DNA of 64,000 nucleotides. Origin: a virus. The notes under the pieces were generated by a model that had not been told where the DNA came from, did no database searches, and was given only the letters and a program-made list of their open reading frames with translations. Position numbers and translations under genes: made by a program. Shown here piece by piece: positions 8,212-16,955 of this stretch (position 1 is the first letter of the stretch; each line of letters opens with the position of its first letter). The DNA is taken from the IMG/VR virus record IMGVR_UViG_3300032236_001232, positions 1 to 64,000 of that record. The stretch is one strand, 5' to 3'.

Positions 8212-8256
8212 TTTATTTTTTAGCCACAAAACAGGCTTTAGAACTATTTATTCGTA

Positions 8257-8787
8257 TTAGAACTTTTCCTTTAGTCGTAGAAGTTCTAATTTAAACAGGT
8301 CTTCTAATTCGGCCAGTGCTAGGTCGTATTCACCGGCTCGCACCTGCACAGCATGTCCGCCACTGCTACGCCATTGTCCACAGTTGCTAGTGCGGTCATC
8401 CACCAGTATATCACCTGGACGACAGTGGTGTTGTTTGTCCTCACTATAAGGTCCGAACCTTACAGCAATATTAGGATAGTATTCTCTCATCCATTCTATT
8501 TTGTCCCAGAAACAGTCAGGCACGTCATTTAATCGAGGAATAGCAGTCAGCATGTATAAACCCCATCCTAGTTCATCGCGAAAGCGTTCGGCCAGTGTCA
8601 TCAGTTGGTCGGCTTGTGGCATTTTAGGTAATGATCTATAAAGATGAGGATAATCTCGAATACGATTCCAACCTTCATCGGGCCAGCGTTCGGCAACAGT
8701 ATCGAAGTCGCAGTCTTTTAGTATTTCACGAGCTTTGGCGTCAAAGTCAGCAACGACGCCGTCCATGTCAATGTATATCGTGGGCAT
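8257..8787 (-). CDS. 5'(3')-deoxyribonucleotidase (HAD, NT5C-like)
   Basis: IYIDMDGVVADF, K.EW, ILVDDR motifs. Confidence 0.85.
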   Translation of the reverse strand: MPTIYIDMDGVVADFDAKAREILKDCDFDTVAERWPDEGWNRIRDYPHLYRSLPKMPQADQLMTLAERFRDELGWGLYMLTAIPRLNDVPDCFWDKIEWMREYYPNIAVRFGPYSEDKQHHCRPGDILVDDRTSNCGQWRSSGGHAVQVRAGEYDLALAELEDLFKLELLRLKEKF

Positions 8788-8805
8788 ATGTATTAGTCCT
8801 TGGTA

Positions 8806-9504
8806 TTATTGACTAATACTTAGTTTTTGATCGTGTAGTCGGTCCAACATTACGGCCAGTGCTTCTACACTGCCGCTATTGCGTAAACTCTTGTAGACTA
8901 GATTTCCTTTGCTGAATTCACCTGCTGGTGTGTTTAATCCCATGCGTCTGTATTTTCTCAACAGTTCCATTAATCGTTCGCAAGTTGGTAAATGAGCATG
9001 TATAACAGCACGTTGGATTAGTCTACCCCATATGCGAGTCATGCGTTCCGCAGCAGCAAAGTCTACATCAGGTTGATCTTGTTGTTCAGGTGGAGTGATC
9101 CAACCGTTCTTAGATAAACTGTATACTGCTCCCTTTACTGGCTCGTTAAGGTTTTCTACGTAAATTTCTACAGGTATATCTCGTATAGTGATTGCGTGTT
9201 CGCGTTTGAATAACAGTCGTTTAGTATCAAACAGTTCTTCAGCTTCCCTGGCACATTCGACTCTACTGAGGTCTACTATGAGGTGCAGATCCAAGTCGCT
9301 GTGTTCTGTATAAGTATAGTTAGCGTTGCTGCCAGTGACAATAATATCTTCCACTTTGAATGGAACATCAACGAATTTTTGAAATTCTCTAGCAATTTTT
9401 ATTAGTGCAGATCTTACCTCAGGACGTAGGGTTTCACCTGCCCAAAGTCGAGGATTAAGAGTATTGTGTAGTTCTATAGCCGGAATGATCTGCGTTAATT
9501 TCAT
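8806..9504 (-). CDS. Pol-beta superfamily nucleotidyltransferase
   Basis: TGSNANY...SDLDLHL...VEIYVE. Confidence 0.8.
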   Translation of the reverse strand: MKLTQIIPAIELHNTLNPRLWAGETLRPEVRSALIKIAREFQKFVDVPFKVEDIIVTGSNANYTYTEHSDLDLHLIVDLSRVECAREAEELFDTKRLLFKREHAITIRDIPVEIYVENLNEPVKGAVYSLSKNGWITPPEQQDQPDVDFAAAERMTRIWGRLIQRAVIHAHLPTCERLMELLRKYRRMGLNTPAGEFSKGNLVYKSLRNSGSVEALAVMLDRLHDQKLSISQ

Positions 9505-9511
9505 AGACTAG

Positions 9512-9530
9512 TATTTATTTGGATTAAATA
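9512..9530. promoter_or_regulatory. back-to-back late promoters
   Basis: minus TAAATA 9517-9512 (7 nt to ATG 9504); plus TAAATA 9525-9530 (5 nt to ATG 9536). Confidence 0.7.
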
Positions 9531-9535
9531 TGTTT

Positions 9536-10102
9536 ATGATTAAGAAAAATTATTTAGGTCACTTATTAGTGTCAAATCCCAGTAACCCCAAAGATGATCT
9601 TGGAAATCAATCGGTTATTCTCATGGCCACACACGGGGACAATGTAGCTATCGGGTTGCAGATTAATAGACCCAGTCCTGAATTAGATTTAGCAGACATC
9701 AGTGAAAGTCTTGGTGTAAATGTAGATACCGGTCATCCTGTATTTTACGGCGGTAATACCAACACCGCCAAGATACATATGGTTCACAGTTTAAACTGGT
9801 CAACGGCCAGCACTGTTAAACTCACTGATGATATTGGAATAACCAATGACATCAGTGTGCTGGTAGCCATTTCTCAAAATCAAGGACCTGAGTATTTTAG
9901 AGCCTGTGCCGGTTATTGGTGGTGGGACAATACACTGTTAAAACAAATGTTAGATCCTAAACTGTTTGCCGAATGTCCTGTTCCTTATAGATGGCAAATA
10001 GTTCCTGCCACTACTGAGAATGTTTTTTTAACACATCCTGATGACCAGTGGCAAGAGGCCATTGAACAAAGCACCAAGTTCCTAGTTAATTGTTATTTCT
10101 AA
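9536..10102 (+). CDS. algH: YqgE/AlgH (DUF179) family protein
   Basis: LLVSNP...SVIL...H...AIGLQINRP...VFYGG...GY..W...L...W. Confidence 0.8.
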   Translation: MIKKNYLGHLLVSNPSNPKDDLGNQSVILMATHGDNVAIGLQINRPSPELDLADISESLGVNVDTGHPVFYGGNTNTAKIHMVHSLNWSTASTVKLTDDIGITNDISVLVAISQNQGPEYFRACAGYWWWDNTLLKQMLDPKLFAECPVPYRWQIVPATTENVFLTHPDDQWQEAIEQSTKFLVNCYF

Positions 10103-11547
10103 TCCTTTTCGGGATTTAATTTAGTCATCATAGAACGAATCAGTGGAGCCTGGGCAGATGCCTTAGCAATTGGTTTGCGAAATCCAGATCCTACAGTAGG
10201 ATCAATATCGTCTGTTCCGTTGCTAGCGGTAGTAACTACACTGGTTCGTTTGAGATTATTGATCACACTGGTAGCCTGTTGTTCTCGGAAACTGGGCTCA
10301 CTTTCTTCTTCGCCTAGGTCAGTAATCCTCAGTGTGTCCAAGTTGAATTCCAAATCTACCTTTTGACCCACGCCACTGCTGCTACGTGTTTTCATAAACT
10401 GAATTTGATAGCGACCACGTTCTTTCATAGCACGACTGGTAAAGATACCAATCACATTGTCTGCTGTCATGATCTTACTGAGTCCGCCACTGATATGGCT
10501 GTGATCAAACTCAATCTCCTCCACTGCCGATCTATTCAACTGACTGGCTGTCACTGTAACACATTGTGTCTCCATTGCTAGGTTACGAATCTCTTCTGAC
10601 ACATATTTGTCTTTAACAAACAGATCACTGGGCGAGACCTTCACGCTTAAAGGCATCATCAAATCCAAATAATCTATCAACAAAACATCAGGTTTTACAC
10701 CTTTTTTGACCTGATATTCTTTTAAATAGGCACGAATATCGTTACAATTTTTACCACTGGGCATATACTTAACTTGTAGGTTTCCAGCACGTTTGCCCAT
10801 CATTTTTACTTTGAGTTCGACATCGTCAATACTCTTAAAAATCTCACGAGTTGCAATGCCTGTGGTCATGGAATCCAGTCGCATACTGACCAACCCTTCG
10901 CTAAGTTCAAAAGTTAGATACAGCACATTCAAACCAGCCAGTGCCCAGTTGACTCCTAAGTTGGCCAAGAACAAACTCTTACCACCGCCCGATCCTGCAC
11001 AGAAAATATTCAGTTCTCCACGATTGAATCCACCATAGAGTTTTTTATCTATAGTGGGCCACCCGGTGCTGACTTGTCCGTTACCGTCTTTGAGTTTGGT
11101 TAGCCGTTCTCTAGGATCTTCAAAGTAATCAGTGCCCATGTCCTTGTTTAGACTGATCTGTATGGCGTCTTTGATTAATTTTTCCACAGGACCATAATCA
11201 CCTTTTTCCAGTAGATCGGCACTGGATAAAATGGCTCGTTCTAGTGCCCTATGTCTACTAAACTGTTCAAAGTGATCCATTAGCCATTCATAGTTTTCTT
11301 TGGCTACGCTGGCTGCTTTGAAGTCAGTTCCACAGTTGGCATTCACAATGGATACTGTGGGCATGACTCGATAGTTGTCCACATACAAATTAATAAATTC
11401 AGCAGCCTGGTGTAATTTCTGATCAAAGTTTGCCGAGTCAAAGATATTTTGACAACGCATAAAAGTTTCAGCATCACCTAAAAACAGTTCCAGGAATTCT
11501 TTCTGAACATCAAAATTATAGTTGGGCTTGAGCGGTTTAGTTAGCAT
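10099..11547 (-). CDS. gp41: replicative DNA helicase (DnaB/T4 gp41-like)
   Basis: AGSGGGKS, LLIDYLDLM, TASQLNR, KTRSS; start reassigned to MLTKP, overlapping the primase stop. Confidence 0.92.
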   Translation of the reverse strand: MLTKPLKPNYNFDVQKEFLELFLGDAETFMRCQNIFDSANFDQKLHQAAEFINLYVDNYRVMPTVSIVNANCGTDFKAASVAKENYEWLMDHFEQFSRHRALERAILSSADLLEKGDYGPVEKLIKDAIQISLNKDMGTDYFEDPRERLTKLKDGNGQVSTGWPTIDKKLYGGFNRGELNIFCAGSGGGKSLFLANLGVNWALAGLNVLYLTFELSEGLVSMRLDSMTTGIATREIFKSIDDVELKVKMMGKRAGNLQVKYMPSGKNCNDIRAYLKEYQVKKGVKPDVLLIDYLDLMMPLSVKVSPSDLFVKDKYVSEEIRNLAMETQCVTVTASQLNRSAVEEIEFDHSHISGGLSKIMTADNVIGIFTSRAMKERGRYQIQFMKTRSSSGVGQKVDLEFNLDTLRITDLGEEESEPSFREQQATSVINNLKRTSVVTTASNGTDDIDPTVGSGFRKPIAKASAQAPLIRSMMTKLNPEKD

Positions 11548-12532
11548 TAGACAGTTTCTTATGTAGTAGTTGAATTTTAATAGGGTTAGTTTCTCTATAA
11601 TGTAATATTGTGGCCATTGTGTAGAGTCTGCCGTATTGGCATACAGCATCGGCAACGTCTTTGATATGGGGCTCCCAAGGTGGCATACTGACTGACCAGT
11701 TATTGTCCAGAGCAGATCGAATCATAGCAGCACCTGCGGCATCTCTGTCGGGCACAACAATGGTGTCTCTATTTAACGCAGTGATTCTCGCTGCTTGATT
11801 TTTGTTAACTTCGTTGGTCATTATGGCCACACCGTCCACAGCAATAGCATCAAATTGTCCTTCAACAACTATGCAGTATTTTCTATCATAGTTGGCAGTT
11901 TGTGAGTCGATATTAAAAACATATCCAGGTTGGCTCACATTTAGATATTTGGGCTTACCTGGCGTGATTTTACGAGCAGTAAATCCTACCGTTCTTTTTT
12001 CGTGATAGAATGGTATAATCAATCTATCCCTATAACCATCAGCAGGAGACCACATCCAAGGATACCAATCTATGTGCATGCCCCTAGTAATCAAATACTC
12101 AAACATTTTCACTACAGATTCTTCAAGATCCGACTGTGCCCACTCTTTTAATGTGCGAGTATCTTCTGGCAAATCTCGATCTTCTAATGTGAAATTGGCC
12201 AGGCTTTTTAAAACAGGTGAGGTGTTTTGTTGTTGACGCATCAGTTCAAAATTCAATTTGCTGATGTCATCGGCACTCATACCTAACCATTGGCAAAGTC
12301 GTTTGGTGTTGGCACTGAGTAGTCGTCCTGGGCTCCACCCAGCCTTAAATCCGCAGTTGAAGCAATGATATTGAAACCCGCTCTCTGATGTGGTCAATAT
12401 ACCACCTCGGCTACGAGTATCTGCTGCCTGTCCTCTGTGGTGGCAGCAAACAGCGTCAAAACTAATCCACCCACTGGGTGTAGTTTTACGACGGCCTGGT
12501 ATTAGAGATAATATTGTATTTGAGAAGTCCAC
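11537..12532 (-). CDS. gp61: DNA primase (T4 gp61-like)
   Basis: Zn-binding CCHH...CFNC, TOPRIM VEGQFD and PDRD, KD.AD. Confidence 0.9.
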   Translation of the reverse strand: MDFSNTILSLIPGRRKTTPSGWISFDAVCCHHRGQAADTRSRGGILTTSESGFQYHCFNCGFKAGWSPGRLLSANTKRLCQWLGMSADDISKLNFELMRQQQNTSPVLKSLANFTLEDRDLPEDTRTLKEWAQSDLEESVVKMFEYLITRGMHIDWYPWMWSPADGYRDRLIIPFYHEKRTVGFTARKITPGKPKYLNVSQPGYVFNIDSQTANYDRKYCIVVEGQFDAIAVDGVAIMTNEVNKNQAARITALNRDTIVVPDRDAAGAAMIRSALDNNWSVSMPPWEPHIKDVADAVCQYGRLYTMATILHYRETNPIKIQLLHKKLSNAN

Positions 12533-12537
12533 ATGCT

Positions 12538-12566
12538 ATTTTAGCATCTATACAGGACTTTGTCAA
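12538..12566 (-). promoter_or_regulatory. sigma70 promoter for primase-helicase
   Basis: TTGACA (12566-12561), 17 bp, TAAAAT (12543-12538), 5 nt, GTG. Confidence 0.75.
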
Positions 12567-13584
12567 AACTTCCGAAGAAAGTAGGATTGTTGTTAGTTGA
12601 TTCAGCCGGAGCAACAGCAGGCACATACATGATGCGAACATAGCTAAACACACCATTGAAGTTGACATAATCAATACCAGAGTATCCATTATAGGTTCTA
12701 GTGGCCACAGTAGCATATCTACCGAATCTGGAAGGACTATTGTCCAGTGTGCCTTGTATATAAACAGTTCCGCGATATCCAGTCATATACATGGCCACTG
12801 TATGTAGACCAGCATTGCTGTTGAATTCCGGATAGGCGTAGATGTTGCCACTCTTGTGTTCATACAGATTAGAATCGGCGTTGAAACTCTGGTTAAAACT
12901 GATCACTTCTTGGCTGGGTTGTAGAACAGGGTAAATGTCCTGCATCACCTTTAATTGCCCTGCCACAGTGTAATAAGTGTTGGCATAAGCAGGAAGATAA
13001 GTTCCGTCGGTGGGGTCTTGATATTTCACAGTGAATTGATATTCACTAATGTCAAGATCCATAGTGTCGCTTTCAGTAAGAACCAATTCCCCTATGCCTT
13101 GTAGACCAGGTGTGCAAACTGTTAGTGCAGTGGAAGATGATACTGGAAAAATGGTGCTGCGGTTCAGTGTAACTGTGTTGGTATTGATTCCAACGATTGC
13201 TGTATTAGCAGCGATACCATATCCGGTAACTGTCTGCCCAATAGTCAACACAGAAGTATCGCTAAAACTCAATGCAGTGCCAATATCTGTTTGTGTAGCA
13301 CTGGTATATAGGGTTTGACTATCGTCCAGTATGGTTAGTGGCTTTTCTATAAGCAGTCTACGATTAACTGCGTCAAACATGCTGAACACATAGGTAGCAG
13401 TAGTCGACACGGCGATTTTTTTCTGATCGCTGTTTTTAAATTGTATACGAACTCGATTTTTAATGCCTTTTTGTATGTTAAGGTCTCGTTGATACATTAC
13501 TCGATTGACTCCTTGAATGCCAGAATCCAAATCTAATATTACATCGAACTGATTGGCATATAAATAGATTGGCAAATTTTGCAT
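12541..13584 (-). CDS. hypothetical virion structural protein
   Basis: beta-rich ORF; TAAATA (13595-13590) 5 nt before ATG. Confidence 0.7.
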   Translation of the reverse strand: MQNLPIYLYANQFDVILDLDSGIQGVNRVMYQRDLNIQKGIKNRVRIQFKNSDQKKIAVSTTATYVFSMFDAVNRRLLIEKPLTILDDSQTLYTSATQTDIGTALSFSDTSVLTIGQTVTGYGIAANTAIVGINTNTVTLNRSTIFPVSSSTALTVCTPGLQGIGELVLTESDTMDLDISEYQFTVKYQDPTDGTYLPAYANTYYTVAGQLKVMQDIYPVLQPSQEVISFNQSFNADSNLYEHKSGNIYAYPEFNSNAGLHTVAMYMTGYRGTVYIQGTLDNSPSRFGRYATVATRTYNGYSGIDYVNFNGVFSYVRIMYVPAVAPAESTNNNPTFFGSFDKVLYRC

Positions 13585-13606
13585 AACGGTATTTATTCTT
13601 TAATCA

Positions 13607-13990
13607 ATGAGTCTAAACAGTCAATTTCGAAACAACTATCCTTTTATAACCTGTATCAAATCCAATGAAACAGAATACCTAGGAATTATCATTAATTTGG
13701 ACTCTTATGTGGCCAGCATATACGATATATCTGTAATTAAAGATACAGAAGAAAAAAATCAATTCTTGGAATTAGGTGAAACTTGGTGGTGGGAAAGCAA
13801 CCGACGAATACCCATAAACATCTTCTTGAAAAACGAAATGATACTATTCCGTTATGCCATTAAAACATTTAACAGTAAAGATGTTGAAGTGATTTTTGGG
13901 CCCACTGTGAATCTCAGCGAAATAGCAGAAAAGCGAGTAAAGAGAAAAAGCATTCAGTTGGTTAGAATGCCTAAGAATACTCGTGGCTAA
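13607..13990 (+). CDS. hypothetical protein
   Basis: ORF with WWWESNR.IPINIFL segment. Confidence 0.75.
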   Translation: MSLNSQFRNNYPFITCIKSNETEYLGIIINLDSYVASIYDISVIKDTEEKNQFLELGETWWWESNRRIPINIFLKNEMILFRYAIKTFNSKDVEVIFGPTVNLSEIAEKRVKRKSIQLVRMPKNTRG

Positions 13991-14537
13991 TGCTTTCGCA
14001 AATTAAATTCATGTGAACTATCACTGCCATTGCATAACTTAGTGCATGTGCCTTTTTGAAATAATATTCATCATTGGCCGGTTTGATCCATACTTCCTGC
14101 ATTATGGAATCCCAGTCTCGCCCTACTAGATATCTTTTAGCCGGCCTAATCATAGCCAATACTGCTGCCAATTGTTCCACAGTTGTTGGTTTAGTTTGAC
14201 GCAGTAGATTTCCGTGTCCGTTGACATGGAACAGCAAATTAACAAATTCGTCTTGCTCCAGCAGATCCCACAATGGCTCAGTATTCATTAGTCGTTCTAA
14301 ATGCTCATTGTCTTTAACATCTCGATATATGTTGACATTGAGAAAATCTAATTTAAAATAGCCTCTTGTTTCCGCAGTTCGATAATCAATACTGGCCAAC
14401 CCTGTTAAAGGGTTGACGGGTATTTCGTGGCAGTAAACTCCGGTGTTGTGTCGTTTACTGCCATCGAGACTGGCAGGAATGTGCTGAATAATCTCCAGCA
14501 CACTATTACGATCTGCAAAATCAATATCGATATCCAT
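13971..14537 (-). CDS. dnaE: miniature DNA polymerase III alpha (DnaE) catalytic fragment
   Basis: DIDIDF, HNTGV, GYFKLDFL, A.IRP, YYFKKAHALSYA. Confidence 0.8.
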   Translation of the reverse strand: MDIDIDFADRNSVLEIIQHIPASLDGSKRHNTGVYCHEIPVNPLTGLASIDYRTAETRGYFKLDFLNVNIYRDVKDNEHLERLMNTEPLWDLLEQDEFVNLLFHVNGHGNLLRQTKPTTVEQLAAVLAMIRPAKRYLVGRDWDSIMQEVWIKPANDEYYFKKAHALSYAMAVIVHMNLICESISHEYS

Positions 14538-14893
14538 TACTGTTGGCTATCGCCCTTGCCCACACGATAATTATCTTCCACACTGTCTGGCGTGCTGACT
14601 TCAATAATGGTGCCTTCTTCAATACAGATTACCTGATGTGGCAACAATGGTTCGTTGCGCCAAGTATCCCCGGCGACCAATGTGCGACTATCTGTTGTGG
14701 CATTACGAGTGTTGATCCAGCGAACTTCAAATCGTCCATCCAGCACATACCAAGTTTCATCTTTCTCAGCATGAAAGTGCATACTGAACCTAGATCCCTT
14801 GTCAAACTTCAGCAGTTTTCCGCAATACTTGTCGTTGGTGGCCCAAATTAATTCGTGGCCCCAACCTTTTTCTACAAAACCTTCTAATCTCAT
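14537..14893 (-). CDS. cupin (mannose-6-phosphate isomerase-like)
   Basis: KGWG.E, SMHFHAEKDETWYV, PHQV, IIEVST...DNYR. Confidence 0.8.
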   Translation of the reverse strand: MRLEGFVEKGWGHELIWATNDKYCGKLLKFDKGSRFSMHFHAEKDETWYVLDGRFEVRWINTRNATTDSRTLVAGDTWRNEPLLPHQVICIEEGTIIEVSTPDSVEDNYRVGKGDSQQ

Positions 14894-15588
14894 TTTATTC
14901 CTACCTCTTCACAAATTTCTTTTACCAAAGCGACATCTGCCGGTAATTCTTTAAATCTCTTAATCCAATACGGCACATCAAAAGCAGGAGCAATCATTTC
15001 CAATTGCTCGTCGCTCATTTTGCCAATCATTTCTTTTCCACTGATTGAATTTAGTGTAATCCAGCAACTGATATTTCCATTGCGTATATCATATACAGCA
15101 CGGCTTAGACTGACATAATTGTAATAGTGTGCAAACTCAGCATTTTGTGTATCACCCCATTCCATCATGGTTTTCAAACTGCGCTCTACTGCACTTTCCA
15201 CTGGTTCAATCTTCAGCATGTCATATAGATATGCATCGTATAATTCATCCCTGCACCAGTGATCCAATTTGACACCACTCTTGATCACATGATCTACAAA
15301 GCGATCTGGATATAGTGGATTGACATTGTTAATAAAACTGCCAAACTTTACAAAGGCGTTGTAATAACTGCTTTCGCAAAATTCCTCATAGGTCTTGGGT
15401 TTTTTAGCACCTTGTGTCAATTGCCAAAAGCGATTGAATGCCATAAATCCTGCTTGGACACGCTTTTCATCTCGTTGCATGGCACGACGTTTCTTCTCAC
15501 ACATATGAGCCATGAGAGTTCGCTCTTTCATAAAACTGGTGTTGCAATGAACACACTTGTATGGTTGTGCCAAGATCAAATCACTCAT
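14890..15588 (-). CDS. hypothetical protein with N-terminal C2H2-like Zn finger
   Basis: YKCVHCNTSF...L.AHMC. Confidence 0.75.
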   Translation of the reverse strand: MSDLILAQPYKCVHCNTSFMKERTLMAHMCEKKRRAMQRDEKRVQAGFMAFNRFWQLTQGAKKPKTYEEFCESSYYNAFVKFGSFINNVNPLYPDRFVDHVIKSGVKLDHWCRDELYDAYLYDMLKIEPVESAVERSLKTMMEWGDTQNAEFAHYYNYVSLSRAVYDIRNGNISCWITLNSISGKEMIGKMSDEQLEMIAPAFDVPYWIKRFKELPADVALVKEICEEVGIK

Positions 15589-16045
15589 ATTCTTTGCGTT
15601 GTTTACGATCAAACCCTAGATTATCAAACAGTTCTTGTCGATCTTCTTGTGTCATTAGACTGGCCAACAGTTTAATATCCTCTATCTTTTTAGCAGGATG
15701 CATTTCCGCTAGTAGATTTTCAAATTTGTTGACTTTTTCTTTTTTGCCTGCTGCTAGGTATGGATGATAAGTTGGCGATCCGCCACCAGTTGCAGCAAAC
15801 AATTTCCAAAGCAGTGCTTTGTGATTTTTACTTAGTGTCCAATGATTCTTATTAACAAATTCGTTGGTATTTTCTAAATACCATTCCTGTATATCGCGAT
15901 CGCCTGTGGTATTTGATACATAGCGCATTAGTATATATGGACTGAATGCTTTTTTCTCCTCATCAGTGAGATTGTCATAGAAATCATAATTTCTATTGTC
16001 TACTGCTGCCAATTCACGTTTGATATCAAGTTTTGCTGCGGCCAT
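15581..16045 (-). CDS. probable clamp-loader small subunit (gp62-like)
   Basis: FSPYILMRYVS...NEFVN pattern, size, replication context. Confidence 0.5.
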   Translation of the reverse strand: MAAAKLDIKRELAAVDNRNYDFYDNLTDEEKKAFSPYILMRYVSNTTGDRDIQEWYLENTNEFVNKNHWTLSKNHKALLWKLFAATGGGSPTYHPYLAAGKKEKVNKFENLLAEMHPAKKIEDIKLLASLMTQEDRQELFDNLGFDRKQRKEYE

Positions 16046-16223
16046 TATCTTTACTCAAGTAGTATATTACTTTAACACGTTCTAGGGCTTCTTGTAAAGC
16101 GGGATTGGTTAGTGCTGCTCGGTGAATATCTCCCCACAGTTGACTTTCTCTTATTTCGTTGATTAAGTTTTTTCTTCGGTCGCTTACTGAGTGCAATTCT
16201 TGTTTGGTATCAAGTGTTGCCAT
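16026..16223 (-). CDS. hypothetical protein, partial duplicate of upstream gene
   Basis: shares LW.DI...N.ALQEALERVKV.YYLSKDNG with 16210-16446. Confidence 0.65.
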   Translation of the reverse strand: MATLDTKQELHSVSDRRKNLINEIRESQLWGDIHRAALTNPALQEALERVKVIYYLSKDNGRSKT

Positions 16224-16278
16224 TGTCTTTGCTCAAATAGTATAATACTTTAACACGTTCCAGGGCTTCTTGTAAAGC
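16041..16278. repeat. 60-bp direct repeat (55/60 identical)
   Basis: copies at 16041-16100 and 16219-16278. Confidence 0.9.
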
Positions 16279-16446
16279 AGTATTATGTTCAGCAATCTTT
16301 CGTATGTCGGCCCATAATTCTGCTTGTTCGCGTTCGTTTATTAGCGCCCATGCTTTGGCGCTCATAGAGACCAGCACTCGATCGGTTGAGCCTGGTTCCC
16401 TAGCATAAATTGTTTCTCCGTGATCTGGACTTTCGTATATTGGCAC
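16210..16446 (-). CDS. hypothetical protein (IYESPD.G.T.YAR type)
   Basis: GTG start just after the upstream stop at 16451. Confidence 0.7.
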   Translation of the reverse strand: MPIYESPDHGETIYAREPGSTDRVLVSMSAKAWALINEREQAELWADIRKIAEHNTALQEALERVKVLYYLSKDNGNT

Positions 16447-16450
16447 AGTT

Positions 16451-16954
16451 TTACCAGCAGGCCGAATAACTAACCAGTTCGCTTTGACGACTGACTTCTT
16501 TGACGAAATACGCACAGGTTGGGTTGGGACCAGAATGCAGCGGTGTGCATAGCAATTGTCCTGGTTTCATCTTAGGAAAATACCATTTAACATCTTGATA
16601 CACATCAATAATATCAATGTCAAGGAATTCCGGTCTATAACTGCCTAGTGGATTAAAACAGAATGTCCTGAACCCGCGATCGTTCAAACTGGTCAGTGGC
16701 AGCACTTCCATTTCAGGGCCTTCGGGATCACCCACAATGGTGCACCAGTCCAACGGCATAGCAAGTTCGTTGTCGCCGATCTTTAATACAACGGCAGGTC
16801 CTGTAAAACTTTCAAGAAAGATCAGTGGAATAAAAAAATGGTCAGGATTACTGCTGTCGCTGTTATCCAGCACAGCGAATCTTAGATCTTCTTCGATTTC
16901 ATCGGGTAAATCGTTTAGACTGAACATACAGTTGTCAAGAGTGAGTATTTGCAT
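16451..16954 (-). CDS. hypothetical protein, possible degenerate Hint fold
   Basis: ORF; hydrophobic pattern resembles Hint blocks but catalytic residues are absent. Confidence 0.6.
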   Translation of the reverse strand: MQILTLDNCMFSLNDLPDEIEEDLRFAVLDNSDSSNPDHFFIPLIFLESFTGPAVVLKIGDNELAMPLDWCTIVGDPEGPEMEVLPLTSLNDRGFRTFCFNPLGSYRPEFLDIDIIDVYQDVKWYFPKMKPGQLLCTPLHSGPNPTCAYFVKEVSRQSELVSYSACW

Positions 16955-16955
16955 A

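Noticed and set aside
16041-16278. DGR template/variable repeat pair
   Set aside because: Mismatches are not adenine-specific, are mostly synonymous, and no reverse transcriptase is in the window.
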